A DNA stretch of 64,000 bases, taken from Octopus sinensis. Taxonomy: Eukaryota. Of the stretch, positions 28,557-40,864 are shown in pieces (the stretch's first letter is position 1; each line of letters opens with the position of its first letter). Location of the stretch: assembly GCF_006345805.1 (NCBI RefSeq), contig NC_043018.1:25172001-25236000 (forward strand). Direction: 5' to 3'. The translations under genes and the position numbers were made by a program. The notes below the pieces were generated by a model. The model saw nothing but the letters and a program-made list of their open reading frames with translations. It had not been told where the DNA came from and searched no databases.

Positions 28557-28850
28557 ATGTTTCCACAGTGGTAATAATCTTGTTAATAGATGCATAATAG
28601 AAACATCATCTATATTTCCACAGTGATAATCTTGTCACTATTTCCGCATTGATAATCTGCTATTTCCATAATGATAATTCCTCCTGTAGTGATAATTTTG
28701 TCACTAATTCCACAATGGTAATTATTAACATGGTGATAATCTTGTTGATGTTTTCACCATGATAATCTTTTGTCAGTTTCTCTTAAGTGGTAAAATTATG
28801 AAGATTTCTACTGTGGTAATAATAGTGTTAATATTTCCACAATAAAAATT
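28557..28850. repeat. Degenerate ~25-nt minisatellite (TTTCCACAGTG(GTA)ATAATCTTGT..)
   Basis: About nine diverged units visible upstream of the IgIII second-half exon. Confidence 0.6.
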
Positions 28851-29192
28851 CCATTTATTTCACTTAGAACTTTCTTCGGTTTTGTGAATATTTCTTCTGT
28901 CTTGACTTTAGGTTCTGAGTTCAAATTCCAACAAGGTTCACTTTGCCTTTCATCCTTTTAGGGTTGATAAAATAAGGACCAGTTGAACACTGGGGGTCAA
29001 CAAAACTGACTTGCTCCCTCCCCCAAACATACTGGCCTTTCTTCTATCTCTCTTCCCCCTTGTTCACTCTTCTCTCTCTCTTCTTCCAACCACCATTTGT
29101 GTGGACCAGTTGTCCCAATGTTTTGAGGCATACAAACCCCACCCATTATAAACTGTGCTTCATGTATTACATGTGAACATATTCTGTTGTAG

Positions 29193-29340
29193 CAATCCGG
29201 GCTGAATATCTCCAATCCTGAGGTGCTTTATCTTCCCAATGTCACTTACGAGGATAGTGGTTGGTATACGTGTGTTGCATCGAACTCCATTGGTGTCACA
29301 TACCAGAGTGCCTGGCTTGCTGTTGTCGAGCCTCCAGACA
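29193..29340 (+). CDS. FGFR: FGFR exon, IgIII second half ([49 protein letters not shown])
   Basis: AG 29191-29192, GTAAGT at 29341; NVT.EDxGxYTC.A.NSIG...SAWL.V pattern of FGFR IIIb/IIIc exons; 148 nt, phase 0 to 1. Missed by the ORF track. Confidence 0.95.
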
Positions 29341-30179
29341 GTAAGTAACCGTTCACTCTTTTGTTGCTGTTTAACCATTTTAATACCAGCCTACCCGAAA
29401 CCACCCCTTGGTTGTATGACACAAAACTCCTGTTTTAGAATTATCTTAAATTGAAAGTTTCCATCAAAATTTTGTGTTAATTTATGTCCCAAGCCCCAGC
29501 TTAAAAGTGACAAAGTTATTTTACTAAATTCTTTATCATTTTCAAAAAATTAAACTGTATTTCACCAAAAATATGGCAATGAAATGGTTAACCCCAAGTC
29601 AGCTCCTGACTGAACAAACCATTGTCGTCATCGTTTAGCATCTGCTTTCCCTGCTGACATGGGTTAGATGGTTTGGCAGCATGGAAAGCACGCGCTAAAT
29701 GATGATGATGGTTTGTTCAATCAGGAGCTGACCTTAGGGGTGGAGGATTACCCTTCTTTTGTTACCATATTTTGGGTGAAATATAGTTAATTCATCATCA
29801 TCATCATCATTGTTTAATGTCCGCTTTCCATGCTAGCATGGGTTGGACGATTTTGAGGGCTGGCAAACCAGATGGTTGCACCAGTCTCCAATCTTGATTT
29901 GGCAGAGTTTCTACAGCTGGATGCCCTTCCTAATGCCAACCGCTCCGAGAGTGTAGTGGGTGCTTTTTACGTGCCACCTGCACAGGGGCCAGTCAGGCGG
30001 TACTGGCAAAGACCTCGCTTGAATCCTTTTACACATGCCACCATTCTGAAAATAATAAAGTATTTAGAAGAATAACTTTGTCACTATTTGTAAAATCATG
30101 TGAATAAATAAACATTACATTCGGCTGAATAATTTAAAAGCTAATGGGTTAAACTGCCTGTTTTCCATTTGTTCTTCAG

Positions 30180-30366
30180 CTTCCAGCCAACCAAACCAGT
30201 TAGCCGTTTCTCAAGACACATCAAAATCTCACTTACACATCTTGGTTGGTGTCATTGTGACATTTCTCTTCATTCTAATTTCCATTTTAATTATCGTCTG
30301 TCTGAGACGTAAAAGCAGCATCACGGAGGCACCGACTACAAGAAACGTGTCATCGTTATGAAACCT
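30180..30366 (+). CDS. FGFR: FGFR transmembrane exon (TSSQPNQLAVSQDTSKSHLHILVGVIVTFLFILISILIIVCLRRK / frameshift / KQHHGGTDYKKRVIVMKP)
   Basis: CAG acceptor 30177-30179, GTAAGT at 30367; hydrophobic helix followed by RRK. Length is 187 nt but 188 is needed to keep frame with the next exon; see finding. Confidence 0.9.
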
Positions 30367-30468
30367 GTAAGTTTTTGTCTTCGCTTTTACACCGTTTCTT
30401 TCAATCATTTCTGAAAATAATGAAATGTACAGAAAGCCATCACTAAACCATATTCTCCTCATTTTTAG

Positions 30469-30626
30469 AATGACTTATATTACCAGAAAAATCCACAGAA
30501 CGTCATGCAGCCACTTGTGCCTCAAGTCCGAATTGAAGGTCCCAGACGGCGCCTGTCTTCAGAGTTGACCACTATGTCTGAATATGAGATTCCTTTGGAT
30601 AAAAATTGGGAATTTTCTCCTGATCG
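30469..30626 (+). CDS. FGFR: FGFR juxtamembrane exon (NDLYYQK...RRRLSSELTTMSEYEIPLDKNWEFSPDR)
   Basis: AG 30467-30468, GTGAGT at 30627; RLSS and SEYEIPxDxxWE motifs typical of FGFR; phase 0 to 2. Confidence 0.95.
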
Positions 30627-30696
30627 GTGAGTCTCCAAGATTTCTGTACTGCTTTCATTATACTGTTCTATACTATATTTCTGTATTTCAGCTTAA

Positions 30697-30826
<130 letters not shown>

Positions 30827-31624
30827 TATCTTCATTTCACTGGATTGATATTAGCCCTAAAACACCATTTGCTTATAGCATCCCACAGAGGTCACCAGCA
30901 ACACTCTGCCTGGCAAGTGAAAGGCTTCTGGGGTGTTCAGGCTCGATCAGAGGATCTCAAACTAGTTGTATCAAGGGCCAGTTTTGCCTTTCATCATTTT
31001 GGGGACAATAAAAAAAAACAAAGTGCCAGTGTTAGGACGGTAGGTTAGTAGAACTGTCAGAGCATCAGGCAAAATGCCATGCAGTATCTTTTTGTTATAA
31101 TGTGAATCTTTGTCCACTTAAATGCTATTGTCAGCACTGTAATAGTCTTGTCGCCACTATTATGTTGTGGTGGTATTCTGCATCTTATTATCTTTGACTC
31201 ATCTATCGTGCTATCACTGATAGCTCCACAAGACAATGACTTTAAGATGTCTACCTTGACATAACTCGAACTTGTATATATATCATATACCTGTCACTGA
31301 CTCCAGCTGAGAACTCATACAACAACTCTACTACTACTGACCTCCTACAATGACTGACTGTCTGACTTTATAGTGGCTGGTTCATACCACTTTGTCATGT
31401 GAGATGGAGTATACCATTTTCACAACACTTTTTCAGCTCTGAATGTTCTGAGTTCAAGCCCCACCTCATCACTGAAAAGCAGTGATACAGCTATCAGGAG
31501 TTATGACCAACATATAGTGTCAGCAAGTTGATAATCCAGTGCAAATATTGGGTTTTCCAAATAATCCAATCACAGTTAATTGCCACCACCATATTTACTG
31601 AAATTATTTATATGAAAATCTTAA

Positions 31625-31985
31625 CAGGCATGCTTGGGTAGTAAGAAGCTTGCTTCCCAACCACATGGTTCTGGGTTCAGTCCCACTACATGGCACCTTG
31701 AGCAAGTATCTTCTACTATAGCCTCAGGCCAACCAAAGCCTGGTGAATGGATTTGATAGATGGAAACTGAAGGAAGCCCATTCTATGTATGAGTGTGTGT
31801 GTCTGGTTGTCCCTCTCCACTGTTTGACAACTGGTGTTGGTGTGTTTACATCCCCATAACTTAGCAGTTCAGCAAAAGAAACTGGTAAAATAAGTACTGA
31901 GATTGATTCATTCAACTAAAAAAATTTTCAAGGCAGTGCCCCAGCATGGTCGCAGTCTAATGACTGAACCAAGTAGAAGATGAAA
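31625..31985 (+). mobile_element. SINE family A, older copy
   Basis: Diverged match to family A. Confidence 0.7.
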
Positions 31986-32108
31986 AATAAAATGTTAAAT
32001 CGTAATTCTCTAAAACATCTTCAATTTTTTAAGTAATTATCACTTCTATATCCATACCCTATTTTTTGTTTTTAATGGTAACCATGCCTCTCTTCTCTTT
32101 TTTTCCAG

Positions 32109-32224
32109 TTTAATTATGGGTAAACAGCTGGGATCTGGGGCATTTGGGGTTGTGATCAAAGCTGAAGCTATCGGCATTGGAGGCTGTAAAGGAAGAGTTC
32201 CAGTCGCTGTGAAAATGTTAAAAG
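32109..32224 (+). CDS. FGFR: FGFR kinase exon: Gly-rich loop and VAVK (LIMGKQLGSGAFGVVIKAEA...VAVKMLK)
   Basis: AG 32107-32108, GTAATT at 32225; GxGxxG and catalytic Lys; phase 2 to 1. Confidence 0.96.
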
Positions 32225-32419
32225 GTAATTTGTGTTTATATATGTTTATTGATGTTGTGTGTGTTCATCATCATCATCATCATCATCCAGTGATTTAAAT
32301 CCAGTTTTGTCCCCATTAACAGGGGTGAGAAGATCTATCTCAATGTCATAGCAACCGAAGTAGGCAAGTGTCCCCATTAACAGGGGTGGGCAGATCTACT
32401 TCAATGCCATAGCAACCGC

Positions 32420-32630
32420 CCTCACACCATGTTGCTATCTTGCCCGGTTTTGGGCATCCCCCCTTCTCAAGCCAACCCTCCCAATCTCCTCCTCCATGTT
32501 TTCCTCGGTCTACCTTGCTTTCTCGGTCCATTTGTGTTGATATTTGATGTCACTTCAGTGTGCAGTCTACCTGGCTGTTTACTCGTTAGTGTGCAGTCTG
32601 GCCCTGAGCCTCATTTCAGGTGTATGAATG
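32420..32630 (-). mobile_element. RTE-type LINE 3' fragment
   Basis: Minus strand encodes TSNINTNGPRKQGRPRKTW, the G.R..GRPRKTW C-terminal motif of RTE-clade ORFs; adjacent 61-bp tandem duplication at about 32309-32419. Confidence 0.6.
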
Positions 32631-33493
32631 TATGATTAATTCAAAACAATTTCAGTAAAAAAATATTACATTTAACTGAGTAATCTGAACACTAAAGGGT
32701 TAAACGTTGGGCCTCACGGAGGCAGTGACCTGTCAAGCCAAATGAGATCATAGTTGTGGTCGATATCTGTGTTATGTAACTGACACCGATGCCAGTGGCA
32801 TGTAAAAGGCACCCATTACACTCTTGGAGTGGTTGGCATTAGGAAGGGCATCCAGCCATAGAAACCGTGCCAAATCAGATTGGAACCTGGTGTAGCTCCG
32901 TACCTCACCAGTTTTCAGTCAAACTATCCAACCCATGCCAGCATGGAAAACGGATGTTAAATTATGATGATGTTTTATCTTTGTAACAGAAATAAAATCA
33001 TTATACTTTGTGACTGGAGTATTGTACTGTGTTGTGACAAGATTGCTGTAACTGTTGTACTGTCACACTGACTAACGTTACACTGAGTATCATACTACGA
33101 GTATGCAAGCATGAGAAATGGGTGTAAAGCAATGATGATGATAATGAGGTCCCTATGCGCATACTCAACCTGCTATAAATAGCAGCCAAATCTTAAGTCA
33201 TACCTTACCATCTTAAAAACAAACACCTTAGATAACGTGATTCTGGATTCGCTGTTTATTGGGAAAAAGTTGGGATAGTCATGGCTGGAGGTGAAACAGC
33301 TAAAGCACAATGACATACAGTACTATTTGTCATCCCCAGATATTTATCATTTGTGTTTCTAGTGAGTTTGTCATTGAATTAGACATGTTGATGCAGTTAC
33401 CATTTTAGCGAATGGTTCTTCCTTCTCTCTCTCTCTCACTCTCTCTCTCTCTCTCTCTCGTTATTTATCTACTTTATCTGTTCCTGCTTTCAG

Positions 33494-33604
33494 AGGACGC
33501 TACAGAGAGAGAACTGGCTGACCTTGTGCAGGAGATGGAGGTTATGAAAGTTATCGGGGCGCATAAAAACATTATTAACCTGTTGGGCTGTTGCACACAG
33601 AACG
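33494..33604 (+). CDS. FGFR: FGFR kinase exon: alphaC helix ([37 protein letters not shown])
   Basis: CAG 33491-33493, GTAAGT at 33605; 111 nt; [13 protein letters not shown] signature. Confidence 0.97.
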
Positions 33605-34004
33605 GTAAGTTGCTTTTAGATTTTTATCTTCTTTGATAATGTTGCTACTTCCCCCAAAATATCCAAAGGAAACTGTCCCTCTCTGCCTCACAGATGGCCA
33701 GTCTAGAGATATATGACCACATTTGATCAGCAAAAAGAATATTAAATGGCCTTGTTCTACAGAGATCAAAAAGCCTAATGCTGGACATACTGTTAAAAAC
33801 CTTTACCAATGCAGTTGTTCAACCTGTTGGAAATAGCAGCCAAGAAATAAGCTATTATATCATCGAAATCTCAAAGCTACGAAATAAAGCATGAATTAAT
33901 TCAAAACGATGTGAATTAATAAGGATTACGTTAGACAGAGTAATCTGAATGTTAATGGGTTAAATGGTTTCCTTGGCTAGCGTTAACTGAGGTCTTTTTT
34001 TTTT

Positions 34005-34212
34005 CTCTTTTATTTGTTTCAGTCATTTGACTGCGGCCATGCTGGAGCACCGCCTTTAATTAAGCAACTCAACCCCGGGACTTATTCTTTGTAAGCCCAG
34101 TACTTATTCTATCGGTCTCTTTTGCCGAACCGCTAAGTGACGGGGACATAAACACACCAGCATTGGTTGTCAAGCAATGCTAGGGGGACAAACACAGACA
34201 CACAAACATACA

Positions 34213-34278
<66 letters not shown>

Positions 34279-34438
34279 CACGACGGGCTTCTTTCAGTTT
34301 CTGTCTACCAAATCCACTCACAAGGCTTTGGTCGGCCTGAAGCTATAGTAGAAGACACTTGCCCAAGGTGCCACGCAGTGGGACTGAACCCGGAACCATG
34401 TGGTTGGTAAGCAAGCTACTTACCACACAGCCACTCCT
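34005..34438 (-). mobile_element. SINE family A, young copy
   Basis: Reverse complement of 21712-22123 with few differences. Confidence 0.9.
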
Positions 34439-35139
34439 CTGTCTACATGAGATCAAGCAAATGAGATTTTTACACAACCTGCTCATGAACCAAGTCCAAT
34501 GGCTTTATGCTTACTACTTTACATTAGTTGTCTGGCATTGGAACCAGATCAATTGGAAATGTGCTCGCTCACTCATCTTGCCATTTTCACCACGGGCTAC
34601 TTGTGATTGGCTGATGTGTGTCTGTGAGCAACAGTCAAATCCATGATGAATTCCTGATGCACCAGCTGTTCAGTAATGATGGAGGCTGACATGGACCACC
34701 ACTTGCTACATGTTAAACTCACACTCACGCACATAGTGTACACACCACTTGGTCAAGAGAAATTCCTCTATTACAGGCTGTATACACAACATTTTGTAGA
34801 CCAACCTTAACCAAGATGAATTCTTGCTATCAGCAGCATACTTGACCTGCCATAAATAGCAGTCAAATCTCTTCAAATTACTCTCTAGTGTCTTGACAAT
34901 GCAATTCTGGATATATTATTCCCAGTTAAAAGCCAAGATGGTCAGAACTAACAACAACAAAATCCAAATTTTGTAACTCTAGGGTATTACTATTATAAGG
35001 CATGGCTGTGTGGTTAGGAAGCTTGCTTCCCAGTCACATGGTTTCAGGTTCAGTCCCACTACGTGGCACCTTGGGCAAGTATCTTCTTCTGTAGCCTCAG
35101 GCTGACCGAAGCCTTTTTGGTAGGTGGAAATTACCATCA

Positions 35140-35538
35140 GGCGCAGGAGTGGCTGTGTGGTAAGTAGCTTGTTTACCAACCACATGGTTCCGGGTTCAGT
35201 CCCACTGCGTGGCACCTTGGGCAAGTGTCTTCTACTATAGCCTCCGGCCGACCAAAGCCTTGTGAGTGGATTTGGTAGACAGAAACTGAAAGAAGCCCGT
35301 CGTATATATGTATATATATATATATATGTGCGTGTCTGTGTTTGTCCCCCTAGCATTGCTTGACTACCAATGCTGGTGTGTTTATGTCCCCATTACTTAG
35401 CGGTTCGGCAAAAGTGACCGATAGAATAAGTACTGGGCTTACAAAAGAATAAGTCGCAGGGTCGAGTTGCTCAATTAAAGGCGGTGCTCCAGCATGGCTG
35501 CAGTCAAATGACTGAAACAAGTAAAAGTAAAAGAGAGT
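35140..35538 (+). mobile_element. SINE family A, young copy directly after an older 5' fragment (34998-35130)
   Basis: Full head to tail; near-identical to the 21712 copy. Confidence 0.9.
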
Positions 35539-35638
35539 ATCATGTGTGTAAGTTCTTGTGCCTCCTAACAGAGAGGGAGTGGGAACTTTTTTTTTTTCAA
35601 TATTTCTTTCATTTTCTCCTTTTCCCTTTTCTTTCCAG

Positions 35639-35829
35639 GACCCTTAATGGTTATTGTTGTCTATGCTCCCCATGGTAACCTTAGAGATTTTCTACGTGAC
35701 CATCGACCTCCTGTAAGGTCAGGAGACACCTATGAACGACCCGTAGCTACCAGATCTCTCACTCAAAAGGACCTCATATCATTCAGCTATCAAGTAGCAA
35801 GAGGAATGGAATATTTAGTATCAAAAAAT
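35639..35829 (+). CDS. FGFR: FGFR kinase exon: hinge and kinase insert ([20 protein letters not shown]...[14 protein letters not shown])
   Basis: AG 35637-35638, GTAAGT at 35830; 191 nt, phase 1 to 0. Confidence 0.97.
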
Positions 35830-36288
35830 GTAAGTTTCAAAATCTTGGTGTTTCCTTGTTTTATTTTTAATCCTTCACAAGCAGTTGATATCATCAGGCA
35901 ACATTATTGTTATTATTATTATTATTGTTATTATCAAGGCACTGAGCTGGCAGAATTGTTAGCATGCCAGGCAAAATGCTTAGCGGTACTTTGCCTGTCA
36001 CTGTGTTCTCACTTCAAATTTTGCCAATGTCATCTTTACTTTTCATCCTTTCAGGATCAATAAAAATAAGTACCAGTTGAGAGCTGGGGTCATTGTAATT
36101 GACTAGCCCATTCCCCAAAAACTTTAGGCCATGTGCCTATTGTGGAAATGTTATCCAGGTGGCTGTAGATTTTATTGACCCCAGAGCATAGCTAGAGTGT
36201 GTGCATTAAGCAAAACCTATTTTGTGTAAATGTGTGTGTGTGTATGTATATATATGTGTGTGTGTGTGTGTTATATATATATATATGG

Positions 36289-36354
<66 letters not shown>

Positions 36355-36919
36355 GAAGATTGCTCTACATTTTAAAACTGATGTAATACTTGTATTGTTT
36401 AATTAAATGGAGCCACATGAAACGATCGTACTGCATTACCTCTGGATATCCTTGTTGCTTATTTTGATTATAATCACCATTTTGAATTATATGGATAATA
36501 CCATACTAAATTCTGGTGCCTTTAACTTACGTACCATATTCAACTGAATCTAAATTTTTACTGAACCTATATATATATAACAGAAAACATCATCAATGAT
36601 ATCTCTATGTTTTTTCCTGTAGCTTTTTCAATAATCCTTACATAGTGCCCATAGAGAAATATTTTTTGATATTCCCAAATGATGTGATTCTCGCATATTA
36701 AGTAAAAACATGATGTAGGAATTATTGAAACAGCTGTAGAAATATATATTGAGATATCACTGGTGTTTTTTTTTGTTATTCTCTCCAATATATTTTGCTT
36801 TGTCCATAGCCTGTGTTGGTGGTAGATGCTACTATCTAAGTAATTATACACATTTATTAATGCATGTAGATTTAGGAGTTTAACACAGTAATATATTGTA
36901 TACAGTAGCATATTTTTGA

Positions 36920-37171
<252 letters not shown>

Positions 37172-37982
37172 TGAAGCAATAATAAAGCATTTATAATTAT
37201 TAACATTATATGAAGAAATCATTTGTATGTAGTCACCATCATCGTTTAACATCTGGTTTTCATGCTGGCATGGGTTGGATGGTTTGTCAAGTGTGTTTGT
37301 CCCCCCAACATCACTTGACAACTGCTGCTGGTGTGTTTACATCCCCGTAACTTAGCAGTTCGGCAAAAGAGACTGATAGAATAAGTACTAGGCTTACAAA
37401 GAATAAGTCCATATTAATGTGTTACTTGGTGTTTGGTATGTGAAGAAGGAACCATATATATATATATATCCCTGTCTCATAACTTTTCATCATCTAACAC
37501 AAGATCACTTCCTCCAGTGCCTCCTCCCCTCTCATAAGATTTTTGTCTTGCAAGTTACTTGGTGACCCTGCCAGTGCAGGTGCCACTTAAAAAGTATCCA
37601 GTCCACACTGTAGAGTGGTTGGCATTTGGTAGGGCATCCAGCTGTAAAAACCTAGCAAGAACTGACCTTGCCTGTGCTTGTGCCACGTAAAAAGCACTAA
37701 GTCCAAACTGCTGGGTGGTTGGTGTTAGGGAGGGCATCCAGCCATGAAAACCCTGCCAAGTCAAGGGCCGGCTTCTGTAAAACCATCCCACCTGTGCTAG
37801 CATGGAAAGCAGGTGTTAAACAATGATGATGATGATTGTGTCACATGCAGCCATCCATGGAGCAAATTTAAGTTAACCACATCACATCATCCGTTTATCT
37901 GTTAGTTTGCTGCTGAGGTTTTCTGTAATTATGTATCCAACATATTAAACATGCTTTTTTGTTTCTTCTCTTCTTACAACAG

Positions 37983-38053
37983 GGTCGGCTGCCAGTGAAA
38001 TGGATGGCACCAGAAGCTTTATTTGACAAAAAATATACCACAAAAAGTGATGT
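37983..38053 (+). CDS. FGFR: FGFR kinase exon ([24 protein letters not shown])
   Basis: AG 37981-37982, GTAAGT at 38054; 71 nt, phase 0 to 2. Confidence 0.98.
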
Positions 38054-38861
38054 GTAAGTATTTGTTTAAATTTCCTTCAATTAAACAGTTGTGTAGTAAA
38101 TAAATAAGTAGAGGACCTGTTTGTATTACTGGTACTTACATTGGTTTCAAATTTTGGTGCAAGGCCAGAAATTTTGGGGGAAAAGTTAAATCAATTTCTT
38201 CAGTCCCAGTGTTCAACTGGTTCTTGTTTTATTGACCCTGAGAGGTTCCTGAAAGGATGAGAGGTAAAGTCAACCTCAGCTGAATTTGAACTCAGAACAT
38301 AAAGACAGACAAAATGCCACTAAACATTTTACCTGGCCTGCTAACAATTCTGTTATCTCACACCTTAATAATCCTTTCTACTATATGTGCAAGGCCTGAA
38401 ATATTTGGAGGAAGAGGGGTCAGTCAATTACATCAACCCCAGTGTTCACCTGGTGCTTATTTTATTGATTCAGAAAGGGTAAAAGTCAGTCAACTTAAGT
38501 AGAGTTTGAACTCAGAACATAAAGGATGAAATGCCACTAAGCTTTTTGCCCAGTGTGCTAGTGATTCTGCCAGCTTGCCGCCTTTACTGGTTCATGTATT
38601 GATGAAACCCAAGACAGGTAAACTAGACAAGGCAATCAATCCTAGCTGACAGGATTTGAATTCAGACATTGTAGGTCATAGTCATAGGCAAACTGTGACC
38701 TGCAGGACTTTCTGAAAGGCACACCTAAACGAAATATGATCCTGAATATTTTTAGTAGTAGCAATTGTAGTAGTAGTAATAGTAGTAGTAGTAGTGTGCA
38801 GTTCACCTGAAAATGTGCCATGTCTCATGTTGTACACTTCTTGAGAAAGGTTGCTCATATA

Positions 38862-39090
38862 GGCGCAGAAGCGGCTGTGTGGTAAGTACCTTACTTACCA
38901 ACACATGGTTCCAGGTTCAATCCCACTCTGTGGCACCTTGGGCAAGTGTCTTTTACTATAGCCTCGGGCCAACCAAAGCCTCGTGAGTGGATTTGGTAAA
39001 CAGAAACTGAAAGAAGCCTGTCATATATATGTATATATATATATATATAAATATGACATGTTGTCAAGCAATGTTGTGGGGCAAACACAG

Positions 39091-39121
<31 letters not shown>

Positions 39122-39405
39122 TGTGTGTGTGTCTGTGTTTGTCCCCCACAACATTGCTTGACAATTAATGTTGTGGGGGCAAACACAGACACATACACAA
39201 CACACATATGTGTGTGTGTCTGTGTTTGTCCCCCACAACATTGCTTGACAATTAATGCTGGTGTGTTTTCGTCCCCGTAACTTAGTGGTTCAGCAAAAGA
39301 AACTACAGTACTAGGCTTACAAATAACAAGTCCTGGGGTCAATTTGCTCCACTAAAGGCAGTGCTCCAGCATGGCTACAGTCAAATGACTGAAACAAGTA
39401 AAAGA
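38862..39405 (+). mobile_element. SINE family A copy with internal foldback duplications
   Basis: Normal head and tail; central segment present as two tandem palindromes at 39061-39251. Confidence 0.85.
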
Positions 39406-39891
39406 ACACCAGCTGTAGCACATCAACCTCGATGCCTTCTCACACAGTTTCATGATTTTAGTTGTCTTTTTTCTCTTAAAGTGAATTCACTGAGCAGGAC
39501 TTGTTTCTGGTTATGTTTTCTACTCCTGCTTAGAATCCTTGAACTGTGGCCATACTGGGGCACTGCCTTCAAGAAATTATATCAACCCCAGTACTTTGTC
39601 CAATATTTTTGTTTATCTAGCGTGTATGCTTGCCCTGGTGCGTGTAAAAGGGATGTCACTGGCACAGATTAAAAACTGCAATATGTTTGTTCAGTTCACT
39701 GATTTATCAATCATTTCTTGCCAGTCCTCTCACACAACAAAATATGCTTCTTTCTGCACAGTTTCAATCTATCGAAGTTTCACTCCTCTGGCATTGATGA
39801 GTCAAAAGACTTGCTTTAGGTTGGACTAAACAACCACTGATATTGTTTAAGATTATGGTTACTATTGTTGTTTTGTTATTTTCTTTGGCAG

Positions 39892-40029
39892 GTGGTCTTA
39901 TGGAATCCTTCAGTGGGAAATATTCACATTAGGAGGTAATCCTTATCCCTCAATCCCAGTAGAAGAGCTGTTCAAGTTGCTGCGAGACGGCTACAGAATG
40001 GAACAGCCACCATATTCTTCAGATGAAAT
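39892..40029 (+). CDS. FGFR: FGFR kinase exon ([46 protein letters not shown])
   Basis: AG 39890-39891, GTAAGT at 40030; 138 nt, phase 2 to 2. Confidence 0.97.
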
Positions 40030-40451
40030 GTAAGTTGCTGTCTTTAAAATGTTTCACTAACCTGAATTTGTGATATGACCGAGTTTTATATATATATATA
40101 TATATAGTACAAAGTAAGATAGGGGTTATGAATGTAACCCACTATGGGATATCAGTTATCTAATATACTGTTGGTAAAGTACCCAAATTCTTAATACATA
40201 AATGCTTTTACTTGCAATGCAACTAATTCATTTATTGTATTAAATGGGTGAACGTAAAAAATATTTTTACTGTAAATTCATAATACAAATAAGAAAATGG
40301 AGAAACAAATTCATCGCGTTCATCAACTTACGGATATTACAATTTTACATTATTTATTAATTATACAAATGGGAACATCAAAACCAATATATATATAAAA
40401 TTTATGTGCTATAATTTCAGACAATGCACAAAGTGTTTTAACAATTTTTAA

Positions 40452-40673
40452 CCCTTTCATTACCGTATTTATTTTGAGATGCTCTGTGTTTCTTTCAATT
40501 ATTTTAAATATAACAAAGAATTTAGTAAAATAACTTAGTTACCATTAAGCTAGTGTTAGGAACATAAATTGTGACTAAGGTTTGGTGGAAGATTTTAATT
40601 TCAAAGCTTAAGAAAACAAGACATTTGTACTACAGAGCCAGAGGTGGTTTCGGCCAGGTTGGTAAGGAAAGGG
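40452..40673 (-). mobile_element. piggyBac-like MITE, family 1
   Basis: Reverse-complement copy of 22212-22432; TTAA at 40448-40451 and 40674-40677. Confidence 0.8.
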
Positions 40674-40864
40674 TTAATACAATTCCTAATAAGATTTAAT
40701 TATAAAAATTAACAACGATTTTTTTTTAAATACAGTAAGAATTTTTTTTATATACTGAACAGCTATGACAGTTCAGTAGAATAAAATGGAAACTAAAAGG
40801 CTCCATATGCAAAATCTGGTTGAGAACCACTGCTATACTGTTATACACCATCATATATATGTGC

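Noticed and set aside
30181-30204. Alternative acceptor CTTCCAG (30186) as an explanation for the TM frameshift
   Set aside because: It gives an immediate TAG and would lose the TM helix, so it does not repair the frame.
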